Source of the DNA: Xylographa opegraphella
Lineage: Eukaryota
Direction: 5' to 3'
DNA: 64,000 nt
Assembly: GCA_022813865.1 (NCBI GenBank)
Contig: JALDZX010000029.1
Coordinates: 186,001-250,000 of the forward strand
Shown here: positions 36,913 through 50,641 of the stretch, one piece after another
Numbering within the stretch: the first letter of the stretch is position 1
Layout: each line of letters begins with the position of its first letter
Notes under the pieces: generated by a model
Database searches by the model: none
The model's input: only the letters and a program-made list of their open reading frames with translations
What the model was told of the DNA's origin: nothing
Made by a program: the position numbers and the translations under genes

Positions 36913-38957
36913 ATGTGGTCCGCTGGTTTGTTCTCAACTGCAGCTATTCTCTCTTGTTTCGTGTCTCTTGGTTGCTCCACCACAGTCACATACGACTTCA
37001 ACATCACATGGGTCACTTCCAATCCTGATGGAGTCTATGAACGATCTACAATAGGCATCAATGGCCAGTGGCCTCTACCAGCTATAAGAGTCTCCGTGGG
37101 AGACCAAGTCGTTGTCAACGTGATGAACCAGTTAGGCAATGAGTCGACCAGTCTGCATTTTCATGGCATCTATCTCAATGGGTCGACAGAAATGGATGGT
37201 ACTGCCGGTGTCAGTCAATGTGCCATCCCACCAGGCGCCTCGATGACGTATAACTTTAAGGTGCGTCAGGATCTCTCAGTTTGGTCAACCGGAGAAGACT
37301 AACATTACTCAGGTTTATCAGCCCGGGACGTACTGGTATCATTCCCACGCTATGGGCCAGTACCCTGACGGCCTACGAGGGCCTTTCATAGTGCAGGACC
37401 CGGCGTCTCCGTTCGTAGATTTGTACGATGAAGAAATTGTGCTTACTCTTTCTGACTGGTATCATGAATCGATGGCCGTGCTCGTACCATCCTTCATTAA
37501 TATCGCCAATCCCAGCGGGGCTGAACCTATTCCAGATGCCGCTCTGATTAATGATGCACAGAATGTATCATTATTAGTCAAGCCTGGGAAGACGTACATG
37601 ATTCGGATCATTAACATGGGAGCTTTCGTCGGCCAGTATCTGTGGTTCGAGGATCACAGTATGAGTATCATCGAAGTCGATGGTGTTTATACAGAACCAG
37701 CAGAGACGGAAATGCTATACCTCTCAGCAGCTCAGAGATACAGTGTATTGCTAACGACGAAGAACGATACCTCATCAAATTTTGCATTTGTTGGAAGTAT
37801 GGACCAGGTTCGTGATTCCTATTGCGATGTAGAATGTTCATTATTGACGATGATAGTAGGTAATGTTTGATCACGTACCTCTGGGTCTTAATCCAAACGC
37901 TACTGGTTGGCTTGTATACGATGAGTCAGAAGAACTGCCACCACCAGTATTGTTGGAAGACTTCTACCCATTCGACGATTTCAATCTCGTGCCATATGAC
38001 CGCGAGGCGCTATTTGAAAACGTAGATCACTCCATTACTCTCAATTTCATGATGGGGAATCTGGACGATGGTGCCAATTAGTATGTATGACAGTTCGCCA
38101 GGAGTCATCATCACTAATCGACAACTAGTGGGTTTTTTAACGATGTCACCTATGTCTCTCCGGTAGTCCCGACTCTCTACACTGTCTTATCGGCAGGTAA
38201 TGCTGCTGGCGATGTAGCTATCTATGGTAATAATACCAATGCCTTCATCCTCAAGAAAGATGAAGTGGTGGAAATTATTCTGAACAGCGCGGACTCCGGG
38301 AAGCATCCATTCCACCTTCATGGTCATAACCTCCAGGTTGCAGCACGTTCTGCGGTCGATGCAGGTCCATACACAGGAAACGTGTCGCTGTCACAGATAC
38401 CAATGCGTAGAGACACCTTCATGATAAACTCTGGTGGTTACGTTGTCCTACGGTTCAAAGCCAGTAATCCAGATGAGTCACTGCGTAACAAAAACTCCTG
38501 TGGACGCTTGCTAACATATTTTTACGGGTTTGGTTGTTCCACTGTCACATTGAATGGCACATGGATGCAGGTCTTGTTGCCACAATGATCGAAGCTCCGT
38601 TGGAGATCCAAAAAACGATCAACATTCCCGCTGACCACTACAAAGTATGTGCGGACCAAAACTTACCGTATTCTGGTAATGCAGCGGGGAACACAAAAGA
38701 CTTTTATGATCTCAGTGGAGAACACGTATCAGCGCAACCTATACCGGCCGGGTTCACTGCAAAAGGCATTGTTGCTCTAGTGTTCAGCTGTGTTAGCGGG
38801 GTTGTGGGTGTTGCCGTCATTGCCTGGTAAGACATCTCCGCCTTTCAACACGATCCGGCTAACCTTGCTGTGAAGGTACGGTATGGGCGAGATTGGTGCA
38901 CACGACATGGCCGCCGCAAGAAGGGCTGTCATTGAGCTTACAGGGGGCAGCAGTTAG
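36913..38957 (+). CDS. FET3: Multicopper ferroxidase
   Basis: Signal peptide, copper motifs [18 protein letters not shown] and HCHIEWH, Fe-binding GAEP, C-terminal [25 protein letters not shown]. Five introns, including an AT-AC intron at 38473-38525. Confidence 0.95.
38473..38525 (+). other. Non-canonical AT-AC spliceosomal intron (U2-type signals) in FET3
   Basis: CCA G|ATGAGT...GCTAAC ATATTTTTAC|GG GTT TGG restores [14 protein letters not shown]. No AG occurs between the branch point and the copper motif. Confidence 0.85.
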
Positions 38958-39873
38958 TGCTCTGCATGGCGTTTTCTCAAAAGCGTGATGGCAATGGAAA
39001 TGTATATAGTTATTTGCGATATATATGGTTCATGAATTTGAATCGAGAACAGGCATGTTTCATTTGCCCGCTGTCAGGCACGATTTACGACTATCACAAG
39101 TAATGTAGACCACTCCAGGTCCAATGGTTTTCAACCTCGCGGCTGATGATAAATACCATTGTTCCATGGTTATCACCTTCGATATTCGCCTTCCATATGG
39201 AGTGTGAACACGAAATCGAAAAATAGCCTGAGCTCCAAAGGCATTTTTCATCTTTCGTCCAAGTCACGACGGATACAGACTAAGACGTCAACACAAACTT
39301 TTGTTGGCAGAAGCTGCTGTAGGGGCATCTCGTCGTTTCACATGGACGCTGCATTTGTGCTTTTGGTGGAAGTTTGCTTGTTTTGTTAATGTGATCAAGT
39401 TGATTGGTTCGATATGGCGAAAGCCACGATAAGGCATTAATGAAGAACACATCAAACAAAATACTTGCACTCAGAGATTACATCATAGTTAGTGCACAAC
39501 TCGCAGGCAAGTACGTTAGGGCAACCAGCCAAAACACATCTTTTGTCCATGACCAATATCCACTTTCATTCCTGTGTGAAAGCCGAGAAGCTCCGAGCAA
39601 GAATTGCATAATTTATTGGGTATGCTTACGTCGGACTCGGCACTAGCCTGGTAAATTTGCAGATCTTCTGCCCAAACCACCGAAAGCTTGCACAGCCACT
39701 CTTCCGAACATTATTTGAAGCCACCCCAAAGTTGATATCGGGCTTCAAAGCGACCAGCCTGCGGACGATCATCACTAAGAATAGGCCAATCCGCAGCTCG
39801 ATCCCTCCTCGACCAGGTTCTCAAATAACAGGTCTTTGCAATCAATTCTTACGGAAGTGCACAACGAAACAGA

Positions 39874-41999
39874 ATGAGCTCGCCCGCCAGCGACGCTCCC
39901 GCTCCGGAGCCACCGCTGTCCCCAAGTATGGCAGCACTGGGGAGTACAACTCAGACTGAGGACTTCGCACGACCGGTCTCTCCTTCAGCACCCCGACTTC
40001 CAAACTTGCGCACCGTGACGGATTCTCCTTCTGCATCAACCATGACCGCCTCGTCAACTCCCTTGGGCGCCATCAATGCCGCCCGCCGCCCTGCAGCTCC
40101 TCAACCAACGTCGTCGACCATCAGAAGTGGGGGTCTTCCGCAAGACATGCAAGCAAAAATGAAAGCGTTCCAGCTTTCTCGACAAGGAGCTCCTCCAGGT
40201 CAGAAAGTACAGACAAGTGGGCTGCCTCCGGGAAACCAGCCACTTTCGGCTGGGCACGTACCAGCTGGTGCAATCGGAGGCGGGTTAGCACTGGGCGGAC
40301 AGATGGCGCCTGGTGCTCTCAGAGCTCCTCCATTTGCTGGTGGAACAGGAGCATTTGGGATGAGCGGCAGACCACCGAACCACAAGACCACTTCCGCACC
40401 AGCTATTCCCAACGCCAGGCTCAACCCCAAGGCAGGCTTGGCAGCGAAGAGAGGGATGAACGGCGGGCTTTTTAAGTTATCCGACGCCCAAGGGCCGGCA
40501 CCACCTACAATGAGCGTTGATGGATCAAACGGGGACGCGAATAACTCCAGCAATGCACCACTGGGAGCGACGGAACACAAAACAGAGACCGCCTTCAGCA
40601 GATGGGACAAGATTGTTGACACGAAGACTGGAACTCTTAAATTCGCCGGCAAAGCTACAATACATGGCCAGGGTATTGATTTTCAAGATGGTGGCAGCTT
40701 CAGTATATCTCTCGATGAAGTCGATACCCTAGAGGAATTGGGAAAGGGTAATTATGGTACTGTCTACAAAGTACGGCACAGCCGACCTCAGATGCGACGG
40801 CCTGGTCAGGGACTGCAGGGGAACAAAGCTCCTACCATACTTCAATCTTCACTGAACAAGTCGGAAAATGCGGACAAGTCCAAGGACGACCTTACAGCTT
40901 CACCTCAAACGAGGCGCCAGGGCAATACCACTGGCTTGGTAATGGCTATGAAGGAAATCCGCTTGGAACTCGATGATGCCAAATTTGCTGCTATCGTTAT
41001 GGAACTCGATATTTTACACCGCTGTGTTTCCCCCTTTATAGTTGACTTCTATGGTGCTTTCTTTCAAGAAGGTGCAGTCTACATCTGCATGGAGTTTATG
41101 GACGGCGGGTCTATTGACAAGTTGTATGGCGAAGGAATACCCGAGAATGTTCTGCGCAAGATTACTCTTTGCACGGTAATGGGTCTCAAGTCACTCAAGG
41201 ACGAACACAACATCATACATCGAGATGTCAAGCCCACGAATATACTCGTAAATAGCAGAGGCCAAGTCAAAATCTGCGACTTCGGTGTCAGCGGTAACCT
41301 TGTCGCCAGTATTGCAAAAACAAATATTGGATGCCAAAGTTACATGGCCCCTGAAAGGATCGCAAGCGGAGGTGTCGCCTCTGCTGGAGCCAATCCTGGC
41401 GGAGGGACATACAGTGTACAGAGTGATATATGGAGCTTAGGCTTGAGTATCATCGAGTGTGCTATGGGCCGATATCCATATCCTCCAGAAACCTACAACA
41501 ACATCTTCAGTCAGCTAAGTGTAAGTCATCCGATCCATTGTCGTATGAGCCGAGTTTTAGACATTAGACTAACTGTATCCTGTTTTAGGCAATTGTCGAT
41601 GGAGAACCTCCAGACCTTCCTCCCGTGGGATTTTCAGATACCGCTAGGGATTTTGTCCGCTCGTGTCTGCATAAGGTCCCCAAGCTTCGCCCGACTTATG
41701 CCATGCTGATCCGACACCCCTGGCTCTCGCCTCTATTAAAACCTCCTACAATATCAGAAGACGACGAAGACGAGGAGGAAGGGGCAGGCTCAGATGCGGC
41801 AACGGTATTGGGAATAGGAGGTGGCGCGACTACGGCGGACAAGGAAGTTGCTGCGTGGGTTACCAACGCCATAGAGATGAGGAGGTTAGGAAAGATGGGC
41901 AAGAGATTAGCGCCAGCGTTGCATGCGGCTCCTTTGGACGCAGTCGCCAGCCCGAGCAAGGAAATGAATAGAAAGGACATCGCCGCTGGCGGCGAGTGA
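39874..41999 (+). CDS. PBS2: MAP kinase kinase of the HOG pathway
   Basis: Motifs ELGKGNYGTV, MAMKEIRLELD, IIHRDVKPTN and DFGVSGNLVASIAKTNIGCQSYMAPERI. Intron 41521-41588. Confidence 0.95.
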
Positions 42000-43782
42000 G
42001 TGCGGGACACCACGACTACCTAATCTTATGCGTTTCGGTGTGAAGAAAACTCTTAGCGGCCTGCGTGCTAACGTAAATATTTTTGGTTTTGAGGACATGT
42101 TGGTCGTCGATTGAGAGAATGGGGAACAGAAGCTCCATCGGGGAGAGCTTGCTTCTAGCATAGCAGTGGTAATGGTCGGGACGTTGGAAGACCGCTTTCC
42201 GATGTAAAACGCTTGATGTAAGCATGAGTCCACGCAGATTGTCCTTTACAACCCCTTTGCTGCGGATACAGTGCTTGGCAGGAGCATATTCGAATGATGG
42301 TTCAATCATCGAGATAGGGTGAGTCATGTGACCATGAGAAGCGAATCAACTCGTGCCTGTGTAGCTTCTTCACCGTCACCATCCGCTCTCGTGATTCAGT
42401 TGTCATTCAAGAATCAATACCTATGGATCTGCACACCACGTTGCTAGCCTATTGATCCCGCACTACGTAGTACCTTTAGCCACCTTGTACCCTCAACGCA
42501 GGAGTGTGTCGTGATAACTCAAACACCGGGTTTCAACCATCTTCGGTGGTCACACAACATGGCATTATACAGCACACCATGAATCTAATACCAGCAGTCT
42601 CCCGCCATCTTTTCTCGATGTATTCGCACGCGTTCGGGAAGAAGGTTGCTCATTCTTTTTCGCCTGAGGGATTGTGGCAGCTCCTGCCTGCCGTGCTTAT
42701 CTTCGCTGGAACCAAATATGTCAAACTCGTCTGGTTTCTGGTCGTTCTTATCCTTGTCTTCTCTATATATTCTGTTATCGGATTGAGCGTTGTTCTTGTG
42801 TGGTCTGTATCGACAGGGCTGCTTTATTTGCTGTCTTGTTCTTCATCGGAGAAGGGTAGTCTTTCCATCCTTGTAGATCTTGAGGGCAGAGGATCTTGGA
42901 GCTCTCGGTTTCTTGTGTGCAAAGCATCTTTGTGATCCTATGGATCTTGTGTTCAATACCTTTGGCTTTTGTTTCGTTCTATTTATGGTTAGTTGCTCAC
43001 AGATTCTGCGGTGGCATATCATAGCCTCTCCTCACACATCATCAATATGTCTGGTTGTGTTATACCCGCAAACTATAATGCAGGTTCTATTCGTGGTAAT
43101 CGTGGCCCACCTGCTGAGTAGTATTTTGACCGAGATAACGGAGGATAGGGTGGTGGCGGTGGGCATGGCGGTAGGGGTTGTGGAACATGTACAAACTACA
43201 GAGCGCAAGGACACTCCATCGATAGATGTTCTCATTGCGATGGCTCTGGTATCTACCGATCCGAATGCTACCGCTAGTTCTGAAGCAAAAACTTATCTCC
43301 ATTCAGGTAAAGATTGGCTGAAGCAACCTGATGCAAGCATCAAGCATGCAGAGAATGCAGCGTTCAACGACTCTGCATATCCCAACCTATCCTCGTCGGT
43401 TTTGGGGTTCGTACAGCCTACGTGCTCCAACATGCTGTCTGGTAAGAAACATCTCTGACCTGCCCTGGAACTTCCTCCATACGAATCATCATCTTCTCAC
43501 AAGCACTCCAAGCGATCTGGCTTCGCACTCATAAGCACAAAGCCCATTATCACAAGATCTCCAAGAATTATATTATGCTCTACATCCCCATCCGCGTACT
43601 TCAAAAAGAGCGAGCCCCCGCGTCTCCGCCCGTACCAGTCCTATGCTATTCATCCCTATCCATTGCACTACCCTAAACCAAGAAAATGTACAGGAATAGT
43701 ACAAAAGGGGAGGCCCAGATGCATCGTCAAAGCCTAGCCATACTATACAAAGGAAATTCCAGAGCCCAACCAGGAGAAGCTG

Positions 43783-45354
43783 CTACCGGCTGCTCTCCAT
43801 TCCTAAAATCCCTCCCGTCCGCCCATGCATTGTCACTCGCTCCCGCAAGCCCCGCAAGCTCTCGCTCTGCGTGAGGGAGCTGGCGGTCCTCCGCCGGTTG
43901 CTCTTCCGGATCATGCTCCGCGCTTCTTTCTCCTCGGCAGCTTCTTCGATGAGGATCTGTCGCCCGCCATCGTCCTGGTCGTCGAGAACCTGCTCGCGTG
44001 ACGCGGCGGCTTGCTGAGTGGCTTTGCCGCTTGGAGGCTGGGGCTGTTGGAAGGAAAGAGGGGTGTTGTGTAACTCCTTGGCTTCCTTAAGGGCGTCTTG
44101 GTAAGGTCTGTGGTCTGAGGTGTCGCTTTGGGACGGGTAGGTGTTGGTGACCGGAGAATCTTGATCGACAAGGCGTTGGGCGGCTATCTTGGAACGTTCG
44201 TATCGCGCAGAAATGTCGCCGCCTGTCCATACGGTGCCGAGGAAACGATCCCAGAATGTAAAGAAGGGTTGAGAGAAGTTTGTCTGTGTCATGTTAGGAG
44301 ATCCCATACAGACCAAAAACTCAAGTGAGAGAGATTACCTTGATACCCCAGCTCTGATGGTGGATGTCGTGATATCCCGCATTATTCGAGGTCAAACGCT
44401 GAAGAGGATCCCATGGCAGAGAGTACCCACAGTGGTCGTCCACGGTTTTGATCGTTGAGCAGGTGAAGAACCACATCCCTTGGCGGGTGCTCATACCAGC
44501 CACTTTAAATGCTATACTTGTACCAAGGATATCAAGTAAAAATCCTTCGAACCAATGGTTATACAAGGCACCAAAAGCATAAGGTACGTAAAGCCGATGG
44601 TGCCGGGAGTGAAAAGTTGCTAGTCGTTCGTTAGTAGCTGTACTCCAGCTGTGGCAGTCCAATACATACTGTAGAGCCATTTGTTCATATGCATGGCACG
44701 ATGCAAGAAATATTGCCAAGTATCAACGACGAAGATACCAATTCCGAATTGGACCGCTGGGATAATATACCAGTACATAGCTTTTGCGGCCATTTTTTCC
44801 CACGGTGCGAAACTAGGGACAGAAACTTGGTTGCCATTTGAGAGGGTTACAACCTCTATCAAGGATGGGTAGACACCACCAGAAAGAGCTCCAGCCAGCG
44901 TGGGATGAGATCCAGCCATATTTTTGGCAATGCCATTGGCATTGACACTGACCAAGGACAGCAGCCCAGGTATCGCCCTTTGCATAATTCGAATCCTTAT
45001 TGCCCATACCGCCACGTCATAGCCTTCTTTTCCATAAAAGTCATCAGGCTCGGTCATGCCCAGAACAATGCCAACCATTGTTTGTATTATCTGCTGAAGG
45101 ACGACATCTCTTACGACTTCCCACCTTGATACGTGATTTCTTTTCAGCACTTCTGCTGGTGTGTGAAGTCTGTACTGCGAGAAAAGATCCTTTGTGTCGA
45201 TCCAGTGAAAGATCATGGATAGTATCCAGTAGGCGGCAATTGGAAGAAGGAGAGTCAAAAACTTGTCGGGTATTGGAGGAACGAGAGAAGGCAGAGGTAT
45301 GAGACTGTATTCTGGCAGTGGTGGTAGATTAAAGCTATCCATTGTAACGTCCAT
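43783..45354 (-). CDS. SUR2: Sphinganine C4-hydroxylase
   Basis: Histidine boxes HRAMH, HSRHH, DDHCGY and HDIHH, plus TNFSQPFFTFWD. Two introns. An alternative ATG lies at 45342. Confidence 0.93.
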
Positions 45355-45839
45355 AGAAGCACGTCAGGCCTCAAAAGGCGTGTGTTCGTTGCGATGCGGC
45401 GCGGCAAGTACCAGGAGGTTTTCGCGCAAAGATCTGTGTACGAAGGGCAGTCAGGAGGTGGTGAGCTTGCACAGTGGTCAAAGGAGTGTGATATAAATTA
45501 AAAGATCATATTAGGTGCGTGCTGTCCCACTGGCGGATACGTGCGGGATATCGAGCGTTGAAACATAACGGGGAGATGATCTCGACACCAAACGTCAGTC
45601 ATGTTTGCCACTCGGTCATCCGAGTAGCTTCTTACGGCTAGCATGGCTTAGCCGCTGTTCTAGCCGGTATCGCTCTAGGTGCTTGCGGTCCCACCAGTCT
45701 CGAATCCCATTCAAACATTTTTTCGACATTTGCGGCGAGTCTATAAACTGTCCAAACGTCCCTTCTTCTTCACCTGTTTACGTGAGAGCTGTGGTTTCTC
45801 TATCGAGTCACTGTTGAGTAATCTCCATTATCGTTAACA

Positions 45840-46698
45840 ATGATTATTTTCAAGGTGAGTCAATTAGCGACCATACCCCGCAATGCGATCCGACTCAGAA
45901 GAGGGGAAGCTGTTTATTTTACCCATGGGGTTTTGTACCTACCTATCCTTTGAGTTCTTTCTGATATGTTGTTTTTTTAGGATATTGTCAGTGGGGATGA
46001 GATTATCTCGGATACCTGGGATCTTAAAGAGATCGACGACACTGTCTACGAGATTGACTGTAAGAAGGTAACCAAGGGTGTGGATAACGTTGGTAAGTTC
46101 TGTAACCAGCCTCGCAAATCCGCGCTGTGGGACTATACTGCAATAAGCCCCAGTTACAGGACTAATTTCATGGCGTTTGGCAGATATTGGTGCCAATCCC
46201 TCAGCAGAAGAGGCAGAAGAAGCTTTGGAGGAGGGCCAATCAACCGTCATTGATGTCGTCGACGCTTTCCGCCTTAATTTTCTTGGCGATGAAGCATCGG
46301 GTTCACGATTGTTTGGCACGAAAAAGGAATACATGGGTCAACTGAAGAGTCTGTCTCTACTGCCTATAGTCTCAACGGCTATGCTGATTCATTAAAGCCT
46401 ACATGAAGAAGGTTGTCGAGAAGATGAAGGAGAGCGGGGCCGACGAATCGGCAATTAAGAAGTTTCAAACCGGTGCACAAGCCTACTACACGAAGCAAAT
46501 TGCGCCCAACTTCAAGGATTACGATTTCTATGTTGGCGAGTCGATGGATACTGACGGAATGTGGGGTTTTTTTTTGGCAAACGCATTTGGCGTACACGCT
46601 GACATGAACCCAGGGTCGTTCTACTCAACTATCGTGAGGATGGAATAACACCATATATCACCGTCTGGAAACATGGCTTAACGCAAATGAAGGTTTGA
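45840..46698 (+). CDS. TMA19: Translationally controlled tumour protein
   Basis: [48 protein letters not shown] and WKHGL. Four introns. Confidence 0.95.
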
Positions 46699-47755
46699 GG
46701 AGAATTTGAGGTCGAGTTCGGAGGCCATTAGATGGTATTATTATTGTTTTGCACCGTCATGATGGTAAATATCTTGACGATACCAGTTTGGGGGGGGCTG
46801 GATCTACAGGCATGGTCGGATGATCTTGTGGCATAAAAATGAAAAAACTGAGCCTGGCATATTGGTTCATAATCGCCTGCATGATCGAAGCGTTCCAAGC
46901 TTGCGGCACAATGCATGTAAATCTCGTCACAACTCCCGGTCCTGACATTACCAATGGCTATATAAACCTTGAATTGCTCTTTAACTGGAATGGTTGACAG
47001 CAAAGAGAAATGCGTTTCAGCTGTCTTGACAGGATTCCTTCCCCATTACTTGCTGCTTTCTATTGGTTGTTCGAAGTAAAGCCTGTGTCCATCTTGACTG
47101 TTGTCAGATTCATCAGCGCAGACAACCCCTCCAGCCGATCCGCCGCGATTGCTGAAGAGGCACCATGATGAAACTTCCACCATCAGCTGATCGAAGGAGT
47201 CAGGGACAGCCAATGTTAACAATCAGGTTTCTGTTAGAGATCAAACTATAGACTATATGGTCTTGTATCTTCAACATCTTGAAACTTTCCTCCAGAGTCC
47301 CTGGATAAGTACTATAGTCAAGGGGTAGTGGGCAATATCTGATTAAAGAAGTGGCTATAAACGCAACAGGCTCATTACAAATCTTGGACGGATAAGTTTC
47401 CAGGGACAAGTTATTCCACACTGTCTAGTTGTCTCCCATCAGTAATCGTCCTCGGGATCCACACTCATGAAGCATCAGCTTAGGGCTTCGGCTCCTTGAA
47501 CCGACTAAGCCACTAGTGTGCCAAGAAGTCGAACAAATTGGATTCATGACTCCAACCCACAAGAACCATCCAACCGAATCTACAATCGCATCTATCAAAT
47601 GTGAGTGATCCTCGAATGTAGCGGTGATTTATTGCTTTGCTGGATTTACTTCATTTATTGCACATATCTCAATATCGGGAAGTACCAGCTGACATTTTAA
47701 TCGCCACCTCAGAACCTCTTGAGAGACAGCATCAAAGAAGCACGCCACCGCAATC

Positions 47756-48201
47756 ATGGGTAAAGTGCATGGGTCTCTCGCTCGTGCCGGAAAGGTCAAG
47801 TCGCAGACACCAAAGGTTCGTACATTCTCGAGACCTTTCCCCCATATATAGGTGGCAGGATTTTCGCCGCATTACAAATTACGCATGACGCATCACTGAG
47901 TTGCAACTCTAATCTCCGACCTACTCGCGCCTGTAATCTTTTGGAAACAGCTTTTTTTAAAATGTTCATCATGGATTCTGACAGGTCGAGAATATAGGTT
48001 GAGCCTCAAGAGAAGAAGAAGACTCCCAAAGGCCGTGCGAAGAAGAGAATAACATACACTCGGCGATTCGTGAACGTCACGATGACTGGTGGAAAGCGAA
48101 AGGTACGAATTACCCGTAGAAGGGCTATCATGGAATCTAGCCTGGGTTCTTTGGTATATGCTAATATTTGTTTATAGATGAACCCCAACCCAACCACCTA
48201 A
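47756..48201 (+). CDS. RPS30: 40S ribosomal protein S30 (eS30)
   Basis: [62 protein letters not shown]. Two coding introns and a probable 5' UTR intron at 47601-47712. Confidence 0.97.
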
Positions 48202-48778
48202 GTTTGTATTGATGAGGGTTTGCCGGAGGAGAAGGGGAAGAGTAGAAGCTGCAGGCGTGAGGTTGAGCGACATGATGGAACTAGGTCCGGAGAGCAGCGG
48301 CTTCGTTGCTTGAAGATTGGACAGGCCATTATTAAGGTCGCGGCAGTTTGCATGTGGAATCTAGGCGTTATTCGTATCACTGAAATCACATACTGCTCGA
48401 CTATAACCTTGCCGTGCTCTGAATGTGAAAATTGGTGATGGTCATGCTATGATGAGTCGTGCAACAATCATGCCAGCAATAGGACTTGATTCCGGGAAAA
48501 TCTCCTCGACTACCCGGCCCCATATCTCCAAGCCACTATCGTCCTCTCAATGCCGAACAAACCCCTTACGCATTTTCACTGTATTTACGAAGTACTGCAT
48601 TCCAGCATGACGAAACGTACCCGCTGCTACTCGTTCTCGATTCCACATAATGTACGAGCCTGTCAAGACGTTGCTTAATCTGAAAATATACAATTATCCT
48701 TCGAAAGATCTCCAGCAGGTCGAGAAAGGTCTTACAGCTCAATTTAGAGGTGGCACCCTTCGACTCACGAGCATTCCC

Positions 48779-50252
48779 TCATGTAGGAAGTTCGTCCGCG
48801 AATACATGACCTTGATCCTCATTCGGGCCATCGATCGCCAAGGAGTCCTCTCCCGCCCAGCCAAACTCCTCGTCGGATCCGACTTCTTCCTCCTCGGACT
48901 GGCTGTCCGCAACTTCGGCCTCCCGTTTACGCTTGAGTTTCGGCCCTGGCGCTATGGGCAGCACGATGGACGGGCTCACATTTCTGGGGACGGCAAGTTC
49001 TTGGAGACCACCCTGTCCGATGCGTCAGCAGCCACTTGCGGATTCCCATGACCACAATTTTGAGCTTCACCTGTGCCGTCGTGAACGAGACCACCTTGCC
49101 CAATCCCTCGTACGTGACGTTGGCGATCTTCGTCACTCCGGCGTATCGGATTGCTTTTGTTCGGTTTTCTCGGCTCTGCTGATCGTGCGCAATCTCCCAG
49201 TCGCGAAAGAGTACTATGCGATTATGTATGCCGGCATCCCATGCTCGCGTGGATAGCGCCGGGCGCAGGACGGTGCCGAATTCTGTCTTGACCTTGGTGG
49301 TCGTCTGGCTGATGAGCAGAACGGCGATGTTCTTCATTGCAGCCAGTTTTCCGAGACGGGCGTGGAAATCGCTCATGACGGAAAAGCGTCGGCTTGCTGC
49401 CCATTGGAGGGCGTCATTTTTTTTGCTTGGGCCTTGGTTGCCATCGATCCCTTCCACGGCTCGCGGAAAGGCTGTTGCAAAAAGAGGAGAGACGGCGTCC
49501 ACGACTATGAGGCTGGTTTCATTTGGGGGGAACGACGGAGAGGGGTGTGCTAAGAGAGCGAGAAGATGAGGTAGAGTTGGAGTGAAGAAATAATGCAGTC
49601 GGTTTAATAGCTCACTTGAACGACGAGACCTGGGGGAGGACGAGAGGGCGTCTTGGGAGATCGGCAAGATAGAATTAGATATCACATCCTCTAGCCTCGA
49701 TTCAACAAGGGGCTTTCCTGTATCTGGCTTATATTGGCATTTGGTAGATAAAGGCGACAGATACCAAACCTACCTATCCAAACCACAGAGTCTTCCGTAT
49801 GCAGTGCGTTCACAGTCCCTTGAATTCTTTTCCAGATTGCCTTGTCAGCTCAGCAAGTAACCATGATCCGATATATCCCAATGATAAATCAACATTTTAA
49901 AAATTGCTGCGCATGAATTCGGCTGCTTCGTAAACTGCACACACTTACGCCAAGGTGGTCTTTCCAACCCCAGGAGGACCATAAACTTCCGTAATTTGCC
50001 CTCTCACGAGACCGCCAGGGAGTGTTCCCTGGCCTAATTCCTGAACGTCCTTACCCTGAAGGATCTGGTCAAGTTGTGGCAATCCAGTGGAGACGGCCGA
50101 GCCGCGCGAAGCAGATAGAGATTTGAGAGCCTCCGAAGCCGAGACTGTCGGCAGTCGATCTACAACTCGCCTCAGCACTGACACGGAGAAATGAACGTGG
50201 AGGACTCACGTGACGAGGGTGGTGTGAAGTTGGAGACATCTTGGTCTCCCAT
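48779..50252 (-). CDS. RAD55: Rad51 paralog, Rad55/Rhp55-like
   Basis: HRLPTVSASEAL, STGLPQLD, GLVRGQITEVYGPPGVGKT (Walker A), LIVVDAVS (Walker B) and AVLLISQ. Four introns. Confidence 0.8.
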
Positions 50253-50641
50253 ATCCTACCGATCGCTGCGGAACGGGCGTGCGGAACTCAGTGCCATTGG
50301 GGTCAATAATGGCTGTAGGAAGTATACACCATTTGCGAGCGGTATGTTATACCTTACTGTGCATATTGCAAAGACATTGACTGGGTATGATCCCGCCCTT
50401 CGGCATCATACCCGCGCCCTTCGAGAAACGATTAACCATGCTCATGGCCGGGTAAGGGGTTCCCGTCCTGCACCGCCGGTGACTATTTTTGTGCTTGCAT
50501 TCTTTTCTATACCACTGTCCTTTTCACAGTTGTGATCTTCTGCTTGAGTGATACATGAAGAAATCTGCTTTGCTGTAGAAATTTCTCGTGGGATTCGATA
50601 CTCATATCACATGCAGGACTTCATGTGAACTTGAAAACACG

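Noticed and set aside
38473..38525. U12 (minor spliceosome) intron
   Set aside because: Lacks the ATATCCTT donor and TCCTTAAC branch consensus; the signals are U2-like.
38265..38830. FET3 as a frameshifted pseudogene
   Set aside because: The frame break is exactly repaired by an AT-AC intron with a branch point, and all copper ligands, the TM segment and the promoter boxes are intact.
42500..43500. 143-aa and 192-aa plus-strand ORFs with strong T/A strand skew
   Set aside because: Non-ATG starts, and the hydrophobicity follows from T-richness. It may be a decayed minus-strand gene, but no family is recognisable.
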